Of a DNA stretch of 64,000 nt, positions 10,246 to 22,832 are shown in pieces. The notes below the pieces were generated by a model that was not told the DNA's origin, did no database searches, and saw only the letters and a program-made list of their open reading frames with translations. This DNA is from Podarcis muralis (taxonomy: Eukaryota): assembly GCF_964188315.1 (NCBI RefSeq), contig NC_135659.1, forward strand, positions 21,266,001 to 21,330,000. Reading direction: 5' to 3'. Made by a program: the position numbers and the translations under genes. Numbering within the stretch: position 1 is the first letter of the stretch; the number at the start of each line of letters is the position of its first letter.

Positions 10246-12843
10246 AGGAAGTCTTTCATAGCTTCCAGTTTCATCTGGGAAACTATGGTCAACAGCTTTG
10301 GAATAAGCTGAGCAACACTTGGTGTGCATGCAAGCAACAGGTGCATACATGTTTCAGCTTAAATTGAGATGAATTGTCCAAACTCACTATAGTCTTCAGC
10401 TATGTTATTAGTGGCAGGCATATAATATTGTAAGATTCATGTTGGAGTTCAGATGGGGTTATCTTATTTTATGCTAGCAGTAATATTGTGTGGTAGGTCA
10501 GGCCAAGAGAAATTTGCTGGAGGACTCCCAAGTAGCATCATGGCTAAGCAAAGATTTGAACCCAGGTGCCCCCAAAGTCCAGCACTTGTTCTGCTATGCT
10601 ACACTGGTGTCATTCTTTCCTGATTAAGATTTTTTAAAAGAGAAATGTGAGATTATTACTGCAAGCTTACATAATAAGGTATCAGATCCAATTAGTGATA
10701 TCCACATCATAGTTTAAGACACTTGTGGCCTTAAATTCCTCTGCAGACTGCTTGGGCATTTAAATTCTGTTTTTTTCAGACTTGCCTAGACAGAGATCTA
10801 ATTTTTCCAATGTAGTATTACTGCACTAAGACTTCTTTGTATTTTTGAGCCTTACGTTCAAAAACTTGTTGGGATCTTGCAAAGAGTTGCCAACATTGAC
10901 CTCATCATGCATCCTAAATAACAGTGTGTTTGCCAAGCGTTGTGGAAAAAAATGTCGCTGCCAGCAATATTTGGGTCTTATCGCCACTTTCAGTTTTTTC
11001 TGTGTTTTAGGCGTTCTACTAAATCTTTGGTGTTCCTGTCAGTTAGGAATTAAAGGGTACAATAATGTTTAAGAGATTCTTGGTAAAACCCTCCCCATTT
11101 ATAAAGTAATCAGAGGGTATACACAGGATGTCCTTTGAAAGATTGTACCTTCTAGACTTTTGAATAAGTGGGCAGAATTATTTTTAAAAGTGTTGGTTGT
11201 GCCAAGTCTGAAGCCAATATTTGCCCTTACCTATTCCTTCTTATTGAGCAGGCACTGAGGAAGTGAAGCAATATGTATGAATGGGATGCACTAATTTCCA
11301 AAAAGTCTGAAATAAGAGCATTGGAAACTATAGCTTGACCTTCAAGAACACTTTCCATTTTGATTCCTTGCCCCCGACTCCTTGAATGCCCTCTGTATCT
11401 ATAACAGAACCTCTTTAGATTGCAGGAAATTCTAGGGTCACTTCTAAGGTGTGGTCTCCCAGTACATGTGGGATTTTAGGCAGGCTTGTTGGACTCACCA
11501 TTGACCTACATGACTGACAGGGTAAACCATGTGTTCGAAAACCTATCTGATAGTGTTTTGCATGCGCAGTGACTTTTAAGAAAATTACTCTGTCACAATG
11601 TTCTAATTGAATGATCATCTGATAAGTTTCCAGAGAACCTGTGGGGTTTCTCAGCACGCAGTTTGAAAACTAGTCTGAAAGTTCTTGTTTTTTTTTAAGA
11701 GGAGGGAAATATTTAAAGAGGAGCTTTTGTTAGTTGAATTAAAAACTGTTACATGACAGCCAGGACAAAAATAATGCATAACGAAGCTGGATTGTATTCA
11801 GCTTCTGTACCAGCTATTATCTTAAAGATGTGTGCTACTCAATTCATTGTAAAAATTCTAACGACATTTGTTTTTGAGATGCAAAGTAGATGGGAAAAGC
11901 ATTTGCTATGGAGCAGTTTTATTGCCACTATTCAACAAAGGGCAAAGACCAATAAGAACAGTTCTGTAGAAAAGCTTTGCTTCTGGTTTAAGAGTTAAAA
12001 GGGCAAAATATTGATGTTTCCCTTATTCTGAACGATTTCCACAGCTTAAAAACTCCTGGAAAGAGAAAAAGCATAAAACTGACATTTAAAGAAGTAAGAT
12101 GATTTACACTATGTCCAAAACTTTGGGTTAGGAAACAGTTTTAATTTTTTTTTTTAAGTAACTTGTCTGTTAAAAAGTGTTTTCCTTTTGATGCTGTTTC
12201 CCAATTGGGTAGACTCCTTCAGCGTTTCTAGGTTTAAAATATTTGCATTTTTGGTTTTGTTTTAATAAGGATATGTAGAGAAGCTTTTTTGTTCTTTGTA
12301 GCTAGCTGGTTTTTTATATCGATCAGAATGCTTTCACATTTGATTCTGATCTCAGACCTACATGAATAGAAGCAGCGATGTTGAGAGAAAATGACAGGCT
12401 ACAAAATGTAGTCAATTTTCTTTCTTTTAAATGAGACCTAATCTTCTCTTACACTCTGCTCCTGGGAAATGCACATTTGACGAAAAGGATTTTTAAAGGG
12501 AATTTTGGTTTTTGATTTTAGTTTTGTTTTTTTAAAGATAGTAAATGAGCAATATATATATAGAGAGAGGGGGGGAATTATTTTATCTGTGACTGTCTTT
12601 TCCATTGGTTTACAGCTGGTGAGTTGGGTTGCAGCCCCACCTAAGTGGGTCACTATACAGTTGTATGTTATATGGTTTTAAAAAAGAAAGAAAGGAAAGA
12701 AATGGGCTCCCAAATTAATGTTAGGACTAAAGGTGGGTTGTGGGTCTGAAAAGATTGAAAATCACTTGTCAGGCAAGTGTTGATTTCATTGATTCATGAG
12801 CATTCATGTGTGAACTTGCCCTCAGAGGGTTGACCACTTAAAG

Positions 12844-13082
12844 CAGAGCTTTCCAAACAGTGTGTCGCGACATGTTAGAGTGTCGGCTGCAATGTGTCGG
12901 TGTGTATCGCACAAACGCTCCCCACGCTCCTCCTGGGGCTAGAAAGGGGTTAGCCTAACCTCCGGTTTGCTGGTAAAACTGAATTACTGTGTTGCGAAAT
13001 GATGCAAAACTGAATTACTGTGTCGCGAAATGATGCATGTCCAAAAAGTGTGTCACCAACATGAAAAGTTTGTAAAGCTCTG
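12844..13082. mobile_element. hAT-family MITE with perfect 8-bp TSD
   Basis: TIRs CAGAGCTTTCCAAAC / GTTTGTAAAGCTCTG; TSD ACTTAAAG at 12836-12843 and 13083-13090; internal 31-bp tandem duplication at 12975-13036. Confidence 0.88.
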
Positions 13083-13253
13083 ACTTAAAGAGTATTTTCA
13101 TGTCACATAATGGACTTGAATGTATAAGGGCATAATAGGCTACCCCTTAGTTTAACTCCTTGATCCTCATCTTTCCCTACATGAACCAAGAAATGTAACT
13201 TCAGGGGCACACATTTCCCCCCCTGCTTACACATTTCTGTGGTCTGACACTGT

Positions 13254-13297
<44 letters not shown>

Positions 13298-13298
13298 C
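13254..13298. repeat. (CAA)n microsatellite, probably the tail of a minus-strand LINE 3' end (13299-13345)
   Basis: About 15 AAC units followed by cttattagttgcttgtcacccaaagg...caagcaacttacagc. Confidence 0.9.
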
Positions 13299-13637
13299 TA
13301 CTTATTAGTTGCTTGTCACCCAAAGGTTTCCAAGCAACTTACAGCAAAGAAAAATATAAAATATATAATAGCAGAGGGGAAAGGGGGGATTCATATAATA
13401 TATTAATATTTCAAAAAACATAACATCAGTGGAAAAACAACAACAAAACATACCAGCCATATAAATAGATGGTAAAGTCCTTTGTCCTGCCCTGTAAAAT
13501 CCTGTGTAAGCTAATGATGCTATGGAAATAAAACCAAAGAGGAAGGTTATATTCAAAAATATTTCATTGTATCGTATTTTTATAAAGGTCATTCATATTT
13601 TTGTACAGGTCACTTGAAAGTGTTGTGATTTGAAACA

Positions 13638-13694
13638 ATGGATGAGCAATCTCAAGGCATGCCAGGCCCTCCTGTTCCTCAATTTCAGCCACAG
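13638..13694 (+). CDS. NEK7: NEK7 first coding exon (MDEQSQGMPGPPVPQFQPQ)
   Basis: ATG in strong Kozak context (aacaATGg); donor CAG|gtagga; probable acceptor ttgtacag| gives exon start 13609; 57 coding nt, ends phase 0. Confidence 0.96.
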
Positions 13695-15629
13695 GTAGGA
13701 CATTGCATTAGTTGCTCAGACTAGGTAGGAAGGGGTACATTAATGCAGAATTTAAAAGCCCAGAGAACTTACTCTGACTTACATTTTGCCGATGTTATTC
13801 TGTTCATTTCCATTACATACTGAAGCCCTAGAATGGTGCTATGGATTTTTTTCCTTTCCATTTTTTTTTACTGTTGCAACTTGGACTCCAGTTTGTTTGT
13901 TTTTTGTTTGTAACTGTATACTACGTTTTAGGTGAACCATGAATCAGTTATTGTAGAAACATTAACGCAATAAGCACTAGTCTAGCTTCAACAACAATAG
14001 AAAAAACCTTTTTCAAAACTACATTTCTCCTCTTTACCCTGAAGGTAAGCTGGATTTTGAAAAGCCCTGTGGTGGCAGTTGTTGAGGGAGGACCAGTTTA
14101 TCTCAGACAGAAGTCATGAAGCTGGAGCTGCTCTCTGTGATGCTCTATCTTGTCCTCTCAGGGCAATATGGTTCTTGGGTAACCTTTTGGTGGTGAATGA
14201 GATTGGTAGAGAGGCCACCAGTAGGAGCTTTAGGAGTTAGTTGGTGGACAGCTCTGTAAGAACGTCCCTTAAAATTTGAAGCTCAGATGTGCCAGTACAA
14301 CTCAAATTTCTGTATCATATAATCTTTTTGTGTAGCTCCATGGGAATGCTAATAACAAATAGTGACCTGAGAGAGAATGCAGTTTGCTAAATCATAATTG
14401 CGTCAGTGCAAATTATGTATTCAGAAATAAAGGAAGAAACAGTAGCAGAACAAAGTTTCTTCTTGGATTTCGAAAAGCATACCAAGAATGAGTTTGTGTA
14501 ACCCTGTTTTTCAGCGGAGTGTCGGGACAGCAGCAAAAAACAGTCTAATTAAAAGGATGAAATGTTTTTCTGATACATAACAAGTTTTAAGTTACAAACG
14601 GGGAGTGGGAAAGTTGTTAACATTCACAGATTTCAGCACAGCTGTTGTTTGGAATTTGAGCCTATTTACACCTCAGGTGGTAGTCATGTTCCGCTGCTAT
14701 ACACCAGTGGTTTGTCGCCCATACACTAAAAAGTGTGATGGGGAGATGTATGTGTTCAAAGATGATGTGCCCTTATTTTTGGCCAGTCATGACTGTCTGA
14801 TGTACGTCCACACACTGTGTTTGTATGTGCACATCTTCACTTTGAGGATACCAAAATACCAGTTGAAGGTACTGTCTTAACCAGGATTTCTAAACACCCT
14901 TGTTTCTTGATCTGGTTACAAGGGAACCCACCCAGGCTAGCATTAACCATAATTCACATTGGTGTAGGTGTCCAATCCTGAAATAATTTGAACACTGAAA
15001 TTAATAGCTTTGTGAGTAGGTGATTGCTTTGAGTTTTTAACTGTTTTAGAAGTTTTAATTGCATTATTTTTGCATTGACATGTTGCTGCCCTGGGCTCCT
15101 TTGATGGAAGGTGAGGGATATATGCTTAATAAACAACAAAATAAAATAAATAAATAATCCAAAGCATGTTCCTGTGACTGCCTTCTGATTTGCAAACTGC
15201 GGTTTGCAGGGAGCCAGCACTGGGTCTGCCCAGAACATGGGAGAGAATGGTTAGGGCCTCGATAATCTAGCTCAATAGATGGATTATGTTATGCCAAAAG
15301 CAACACCCCAGCTGAGATGTAGAAGTTGTTGCCACTCCTTTTCTTTTTAATGTGCTGGTCTAAGATGCAGTGTGATCTTTACCAAAATGTATGTAATATG
15401 TTCTCTGACCAACTGATGCTCCCATTATGCATGAGTTTATTGCTTTCCCAAATTGCATAGTGGCTGGGAGGGAGGCCCGGGTGATAGTTGGGAGATGTGC
15501 AGCTATGTTCCTTCTCATGTCAGGTCTCCACGTCTAAATTGTATGACAAGACAAGGGAGCAGATGAGACAAGCTGTCAGTCAGCCACACTGCCCTTTGAA
15601 GAAAGGCCATTGGGGCTGGGGAGGCAGGG

Positions 15630-15970
15630 NNNNNNNNNNNNNNNNNNNNNNNNNNNNNNNNNNNNNNNNNNNNNNNNNNNNNNNNNNNNNNNNNNNNNNN
15701 NNNNNNNNNNNNNNNNNNNNNNNNNNNNNNNNNNNNNNNNNNNNNNNNNNNNNNNNNNNNNNNNNNNNNNNNNNNNNTGGCCCGCTCTCGCCACTCTGGC
15801 CGCCAAACACAGGGAGGTGCCCCGTCTTAANNNNNNNNNNNNNNNNNNNNNNNNNNNNNNNNNNNNNNNNNNNNNNNNNNNNNNNNNNNNNNNNNNNNNN
15901 NNNNNNNNNNNNNNNNNNNNNNNNNNNNNNNNNNNNNNNNNNNNNNNNNNNNNNNNNNNNNNNNNNNNNN
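15630..15970. other. Two assembly/masking gaps (N 15630-15777 and 15831-15970) around a 53-bp GC-rich island
   Basis: N runs seen directly. Confidence 0.97.
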
Positions 15971-17253
15971 GCTAATGTTTGTCAAGTTACTGCGCAGACA
16001 GAGGATGCAATTCCCAATTCAAATTTTGAAATATATGCTGGTTAAACAACCACAAAACCCCGTAGCTTAATGAAGCCACTTCCTGGTTCTCTGCAACGTG
16101 AACATTTGAATAATAAGAGAGAAACTCCACCAAGTTTCTCTGTTTTTACTCTAAATGCTGCAGATAACCTCATTAAATCTGCATAGGCTTCACTTTGAAT
16201 ATACATAGCTGAATTGCTGCAATACCATCACTATCGAAGCAACAACGTATTTGGATGTAGGTGCTTCTAAGGAACAATAATTTATTTTTGATTGTGTAAC
16301 TGAGCCCCGGGGAGGCAAAAGCCCTAGAATCATTTCTAACACCCGCTGCAGTTCAAAGAAGACCAATTGAGTACTTACAGCATTTAGAATTGCTGCTGTT
16401 TTTGCTTTTAAATTGAAATGCAAGGGCACAAAATGACAAAATTGTCGCCATCCTTCATTTTGTTACTGTTTTTGTTTGGATGCTGCATGTCACAAGGGTA
16501 TGCAAAACTTTGAAATATAAAATGCTCGGGAAACAGAACAGAGAACAACCTGGAGTATCACTGACTCTCAGTTTTCTCCCTTATAATCTTTGCTGTCTCC
16601 TCCAAAAACAGGAGAAGCCAGTTACAAGTATATATTCTACATCAAATGGAGCATATCCAGCTTCAGAATACAAACAGTTAAATATAATCAAGAACTGTGG
16701 ATCTTAGAACTCTGCATTTCTGCATCAATTTCCAGATCTCTAAAGCAATCTATTAACGGTTGCTCAGTTTCCATCTCTCAGTAGTAGATAAAGGGTTGGT
16801 CACAGATAACATTGCAGGATGCATTTGTGCATGCCTTCAATGCAGACAGAACTTGCTCTGATTCCAGGCCAGTACTAATCCATCTTCTTCAGCTACAATT
16901 TTCAGAAGTAATCCTTTTCTCCTTATCTGTACTGGACGCTAGGAAGTTTTCTCATACCTCTTGGATAGAATGTCCACTTACGCCTAGGAACTATGTAGAC
17001 AATGTTAAATTGGCTGACACTCAGAAGCACATACATGATCATGTTTCTCTTGAAAATCCACAACTATACATGTATATTTTAACAATATGAGGACTAGACC
17101 CGAATCCTTAAAAGGAATCCTTAGGATATCAGGTGAAATGGGAACAAACAGTATTATTGATCACAACTTATCACCCTAGTCTGACTTATCAGAGGACTTG
17201 TCTACAGTAGGGGAAGGACTGTAGGCCTAATTGCCACTGACAGGAACTCTTCT

Positions 17254-17340
17254 CTGCAATCCTGTGCCCACTTACCTGGAGATAGGCCCCACTGAACTCA
17301 CTGGGATGCATTTCTAAGTAAGCATGTATAGGGTTGGATG
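17254..17340. mobile_element. About 90-bp palindromic MITE-like repeat, degenerate
   Basis: ctgcaatcctgtgcccacttacctggagataggccccactgaactcactggg...taagtaagcatgtatagggttg; same family as 43102, 49762 and 50218. Confidence 0.5.
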
Positions 17341-17389
17341 TAATTTTCATTTATTTTTGTCAATTGCATTTGTGTGTAAATATTAATAT

Positions 17390-17720
17390 TCATTTATATT
17401 CCTTTTTACAAAAAGTACACAAGGTACCTTTACATGAAACCTAATTAGAATGTGACCCAGAAAGTAAACAATAGAAACAACAGTTTAATATGAAGGCAGA
17501 TAAAACCATGATTTTAAAAAGCCCCACAAATAAAACTATCCTCAGTCCTCACCTGAAAACAGACTGTGTGGGAACAGTATCAGTCTCTCTTGACAGACTA
17601 TAACAAATTCTAGGTACCAGAGCTGAAAAAGCCTTCTTCTGAGTACCTATCTGGTGCACCTACCTAATCTTGAAGGTATTGGTTAGGAACATTTTGGGAG
17701 GATTGGAACCTAAAACCATT
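17390..17720 (-). mobile_element. Old L2-like LINE relic
   Basis: A/T-rich tail followed by ...ggtaccagagctgaaaaagccttcttctgagtacc..., resembling the reverse-complemented L2 ORF2 C-terminus. Boundaries approximate. Confidence 0.4.
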
Positions 17721-18184
17721 TAAGGGTTTGAAGTTCAAAGTCAGGACCTTGGGTTGAGTCTAGAAGAAAACTGCCAACCAGTGACAGTGCAGTATTGATA
17801 CACAGACACTTGGTGATGTGGTGCAGCTAGGAAAGGGTTAGTTCTCGTTTTTTAAACCCAGTAACTTAGAATCCATTCCAAACTGGATGCATACTGACTT
17901 TCCAGGGTTAGGAACCTAGGCAGTTCCAAAGCAAACATTAGGAAACTCAGAACAAATACACCCATATAGTTTTTCGAACACTGTGGCTGAGTACTGCTTA
18001 TTTCTGCCAGTGCACACATACTTGCCTTTTTAAAGCCTCTGTACTTGGTGCAGCCAATCTCACATTCATGTTCTTAAAGCTAATGGTATAAGCAACTGGC
18101 TGTTGGGAGGGGGGAAAGTATGATTGCACATACTCCTCCAGTATGTAAAGTATACCTTATGTTTTCTTGTATCCTTGACTGCAG

Positions 18185-18325
18185 AAAGCCTTACGACCTG
18201 ACATGGGCTACAATACTTTAGCAAACTTCCGAATAGAAAAGAAGATTGGCCGTGGACAGTTTAGTGAAGTTTACAGAGCCACGTGTTTGTTGGACGGTGT
18301 GCCAGTAGCTTTAAAAAAAGTGCAG
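18185..18325 (+). CDS. NEK7: NEK7 exon 3 (KALRPD...VALKKVQ), Gly-rich loop and catalytic Lys
   Basis: tgcag|AAAGCC ... GTGCAG|gtaag; 141 nt, phase 0-0. Confidence 0.98.
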
Positions 18326-20206
18326 GTAAGGATGTCTTGAGCAATGCAATGAGAAACTTAGCTACTGTTTTTGGTAAGGTTGCTTAATGTTGTTTTATAT
18401 ATAAGTCAATAGGTAACCATTGTTTTAGCACCTTTGTGGGGGGGGGGTTACTTTATTTTTGCATATTCCATTTCACAAACAGTAACAACAAAAAAGAAAC
18501 AAAATACAGACATCATATCCCCTTTGACTTCTCTGCCCCCCTTTTGTGGATCCTTATGTTTTCATTTTCATTCTGCCTCTTATCACCAAGTCCACTGCTG
18601 ATTCTAAAACAATTGGAGTGAACATTGTTTTAGAACCTTGCTAATTGTTGAAATACCGTTTTATAAAAACAATAATCATAATTGTTTATTTTTACACTGC
18701 TTTTCCACAGTAAACTATGGTCAAAGCAGATCACAACATCAAAACAATTACATAATTCACAAGTCATAACAAAATCTAAATAATCACATAAGAAATTGGC
18801 TACTCTCATATTAATAAAAGTACATTAAAATTGTACAATACACTGATAACAACTCTTAATAAGATCTAGCAATAAAAATACAAGAACATAACTTACGCAC
18901 CTGCAAAACTAAATTTTGACCCCCAGCAACAGCAACAACAACCCCCACTCTGATGCTCTCTAGGTAGCAGCAACTTTCATAGCTGGAGTCATTCTGCATC
19001 TTGCGCTCTCAGGCCAGGTGAAGATGGTCCAAACTGAGAGCAGGGACCAGTTCACACAGGACTTTTATCCACCATCCACTACCCAGAGATCTACCCAGGC
19101 AGCAAAGTCTCTCACTTCCAGAGGTTGTCTCAGCAGAGTGGGCTTCCGCTTTCTCATGTGCTCTTTTTGGACAATCAAAGCCACAGCATTTATGATGTCA
19201 GCAAATCAGGAGTCACATGTATTTTTTACCCCAACAGCATGAACCTGTCCCTCCTGAGCCCAGGGCCTAGCAGCCTTCGCTTGCTCCCAAGTGCTGCCTT
19301 TGGCTGATGGTACCTGTACCTCCCATTCACCAGCCACAACTTTTGTGGCAGTTTTTGCCTTGAAGAAGCCTAGCATCAGCATGTGGCACCTGCAGGCACT
19401 TGTGGTATCAGGATTCTTTCAGGGCTTATAGCTGCACTGACACCTTTCCTGAGGCTGCTGAGGCACCATTTAAATTATCCACAATGGCCCCGGGGTCACT
19501 CCAGGGCATTGTGGGAAATATAAATGGTGACTCTGGGCCGCCTAGCATGGATTGCTGCACTGCGGCTGCTGTCTTCACCAGATACCCTTCGAAACCTGCA
19601 GTGTAGGAGGCTATGATGCTATGCAATGGGTAAATGGAAGAAAGATCTAACATTTTTGTAATAGACACAGGATTCAAAATATTTTGGCTCTCTGATTATT
19701 GTGCAATGAACTTTAGACATCAAAAAATGTTTCAGACTTGAGCCTTAAAAAAATAGGATGACAAGGCTGGCTGTACTGCTTCTGCCACTGCCACCTAAGG
19801 ATTTCTGAATGCTTTTCTAACCCTGAATACAATAGCACCACCTCTGTCTTCTTCATGTAGCATTGTGAAGCCGTAAGTTTAAGGTGCCAGGTTTTAAGGG
19901 CTGTGCATGTGTTCACTGCCTCTAACTGCAGTCTCTGTGTGCCGTTTTTAAAAGAACGAGCTTCATTCCAGAGCAGACGATTTTGAACTGCTAGCTTGTA
20001 TTAGCGAAATGCATTAAAAAGAAGTACAAATGTTAAAGAGATGCATTCAAAAGAGATGTTCAACGTTTTTTTAAAAGTAAAGCCAGTCCATTGACTCTAG
20101 TCAGAAACCCTACTGTGCCAAATGTTCCAAGGCCATTATAAAATAACAGGCCCTTCTTTGCAGAGTATTATCTAAGCACAGTCTACAGTATGGGACCTTC
20201 TTGAAC

Positions 20207-20680
20207 AGATTTCCCCAGTCTGATTCCCCCCAGATGGTTAGAACTGCAATCCCCACTGTTGGCCATGCTAGCTGTGGTTGATGTAAGTTGTACAGTGGTG
20301 CCCTGCAAGACGAATGCCTCGCAAGACGGAAAACCCGCTAGACGAAAGGGTTTTCCGTTTCTGAGTTGCTTCGCAAGACGATTTTCCCTATGGGCTTGCT
20401 TCGCAAGACGAAAACGTCTTGCGTGTCTTGCGATTTTTTTCCTGCTCCCCCCCCCTTTTTCTAAGCCGCTAAGCCGCTAATAGCCTTTTAGCAGCTTAGC
20501 CGCTAAGCCTTTAATAGCCGCTAAACCGCTAATAGCGCTAATCCGCTTAGCCGCTAATAGGGTTGCTTCGTAAGATGAAAAAAACCGCTAGACGAAGAGA
20601 ATTGCGGAACGGATTCTTTTCGTCTTGCGAGGCACCACTGTAATGCAGGACACCTGAAGTTTAGTAGGTTGGGCAAGGCT
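20207..20680. mobile_element. Palindromic hAT-like MITE interrupted by a Tigger-like MITE
   Basis: Left half (ttccccagtctg..cagatg..gaactgcaatcccc..ggccatgctagctg..gttgTA) resumes after 20642 (caggacacctg..aggttgggcaaggctg). Confidence 0.5.
20293..20640. mobile_element. Tigger/pogo-like MITE with internal CCGCTAA repeat
   Basis: TA-CAGTGGTGCCCTGCAAGACGAA ... TTCGTCTTGCGAGGCACCACTG-TA; repeated GCAAGACG/CTAGACGAA subterminal motifs. Confidence 0.9.
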
Positions 20681-22764
20681 GTTCTAGGGCAATAAGACAC
20701 TCTAGTTTCTTCACTTGGATGGAAGACATTGACCTTATGTGAGCATAAGAAGGTCTAGCAAGCCCCTTCCTGCACTCTCCAGACTTCCTGTGAGTGCAGC
20801 AATGAAGGGGATCTCTCTTGTCTGTGTTGTTGCAAGGTTTTCCTTGTTAGATTGGATTGTTTTTCTTGATGTTATAGTGTTGCAAGTATTGCTTCATTTT
20901 TTTCTGCGGGTTATTTTTCTCTCCAAGTCCTATGCACTGTGTTACAATGAGTAACTTTTGAAAAGTGCCTTCACAACAGTGGAAAGTCCCGACTCGTATC
21001 TATTAGTGAGTCATTTCCTAGCCCTTCTGCTGTCCTGTGCAAATCCACCCTGTTACAAGGCACCCAGGGCTAGCTTGTGATGCTCGCTCCCACACTGTCG
21101 TGTATCTTAATGAAATTTGGGTGGAGTGGCTCTTGCACCCCATCCTAAATACTTTACAGGGCCAATTATGATTAGGATTAAATGCTGTCTTTTATTTAAC
21201 AACGACATTTCAAAATTTACATTATATTACTTGCTAGCATGCTTTCTGCCTGGAAGTCCGTGGGGCATTAAAGTAATTCGGATTCCTAAACTTTTTTTGG
21301 CCATGTTAATGTTTCAAAGCTTCCATCTTTAAAAAAGTCACCTAGCAGAATATATAAGCTCTTTTATTATATGGAAATGCCAGAGGGTGCGAGGGTGAGC
21401 AGAGAAGGAAGCAGGATAGTGTTAAATTGCAGCATAAATGTCAAAAGAAGTGTATCTAAATGAAGACGGTAGTTTGTGTGTGTGTTTGTTACTGTACTAT
21501 TTTTAAACTTGAGAATTTAATAGGTTTTTGAATTGCCCAGCAACAGTAACTATTTTGTTGTTGTTGTTATTTTAAGAATGCATGCAATTATGGAACTTCT
21601 GGCTAGCCTGGTCTACATGGGAGTTAGGGTGAAATGTTTTGCTAGAATTCTTTCCAGAAGCTCCATTGCATTTTGTGCCCTATGTAGTTCCATGCATTTC
21701 CCCTTTCATTTCAGCTCTTAATACCTTGTGTTAGAAGATCATAAAAGGATTCTTTTTATCTGGCACATGGATTAATTATTCATTGTGCGTTGTCAGCGAA
21801 TTGCTTCTTCAGGATTAAATTAGAACTAATTAATCTTAAGGAAGAAATTTCTATTTTATGCTATAAAAAAAAACTATGGCCGTTTTACTTTCCTGGTTGG
21901 TAATCATTTTATTGCTTTTGTTTTTGTAGGGAATTCTATTTGTTTGTTTGGCCATAGCTCTTTATGGTTCTGCAGGTTGTGGTTTATGAAATACGCTATA
22001 TTGAAAACATTTAGTTCTACGATTCAAAAGAGACCACTTTTTCAAAGATCGGAGTGCTGTTCATACATGCTGAATAAAAAAGTCTATTTGCTCTCTGAGA
22101 TCAAACACCAATGGTCTTAAGAGCAGCATTACATTTTTGCAGGGGAAAAAGCTTGTAGCTGGAGTATTTCAAAAGAAGCATCCTTTTGAATTAACTGACT
22201 TATTTTATAGACTTCAAAAGTCTATTTGTTGGACTGAGAGAAATAAATGCCGAATTCAGAAATGAGAATTTAATGTGGGGAGACTTTCTTTTTTAAGAGG
22301 GCTAGTCCATCTTTCTGCTTCCTTCTGCTTGGTTCTTCATCTTAACCCCATTACTGCTCCCAGCTTTAGCACCACCTCTAAGGATCATCGCCTCACCTGC
22401 AACATGTAAACTGCCACCTCCCCATGCTGATTTTTGCCTTTGGCTTAAGGCCCCATGAAAAAACAGAAACAAAACATGAACCCATCTTCTCATTCCCTGT
22501 TTGCTTCTCCCTCTCAGGCTTTTTGGTGTCCTCTTCAGCAATTTTTTATCCTCCTTTAATATATCTGTTCTATCTTTATCCCATTGCCACAATTTCTTCA
22601 CATTTTCCAGATAGAAAGCTGTGCTGCATTTGCCAATTAACTGCTGGCGCAGTAGATAGATGCACGTGAATTCAATGGATTAGGTCTGACTTGATGGCTG
22701 GCTGTGTAATGAGCAAGTCCCAAAATTTGAAGATGTGTCTGGGTTCCTTGGATGTGCTAGACTA

Positions 22765-22831
22765 GAGCATGGCTGGGAAACCTGTGGCCCTCCAGATGTT
22801 TCTGGATTACAGCTCCCTTCAGCCCCAGAGA
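22765..22831. mobile_element. Left half of a palindromic hAT-like MITE, truncated at the CR1 insertion
   Basis: gggaaacctgtggccctccagatgtttctggattacagctccc resembles the left arm of the copy at 23949. Confidence 0.55.
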
Positions 22832-22832
22832 A

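Noticed and set aside
10069-10367. Low-complexity ORFs (LVGW/PTNQ repeats; also poly-L at 13103, poly-K/F at 42221, ER/HT at 63657)
   Set aside because: Artefacts of microsatellites.
15488-16045. ORFs containing X runs (also at 53584-54137, 54447-54839 and 58355-58786)
   Set aside because: Open only because N gaps contain no stop codons.
18900-19680. Moderately GC-rich segment with short ORFs, possibly an old LINE
   Set aside because: No diagnostic motif could be read in any frame; left unclassified.
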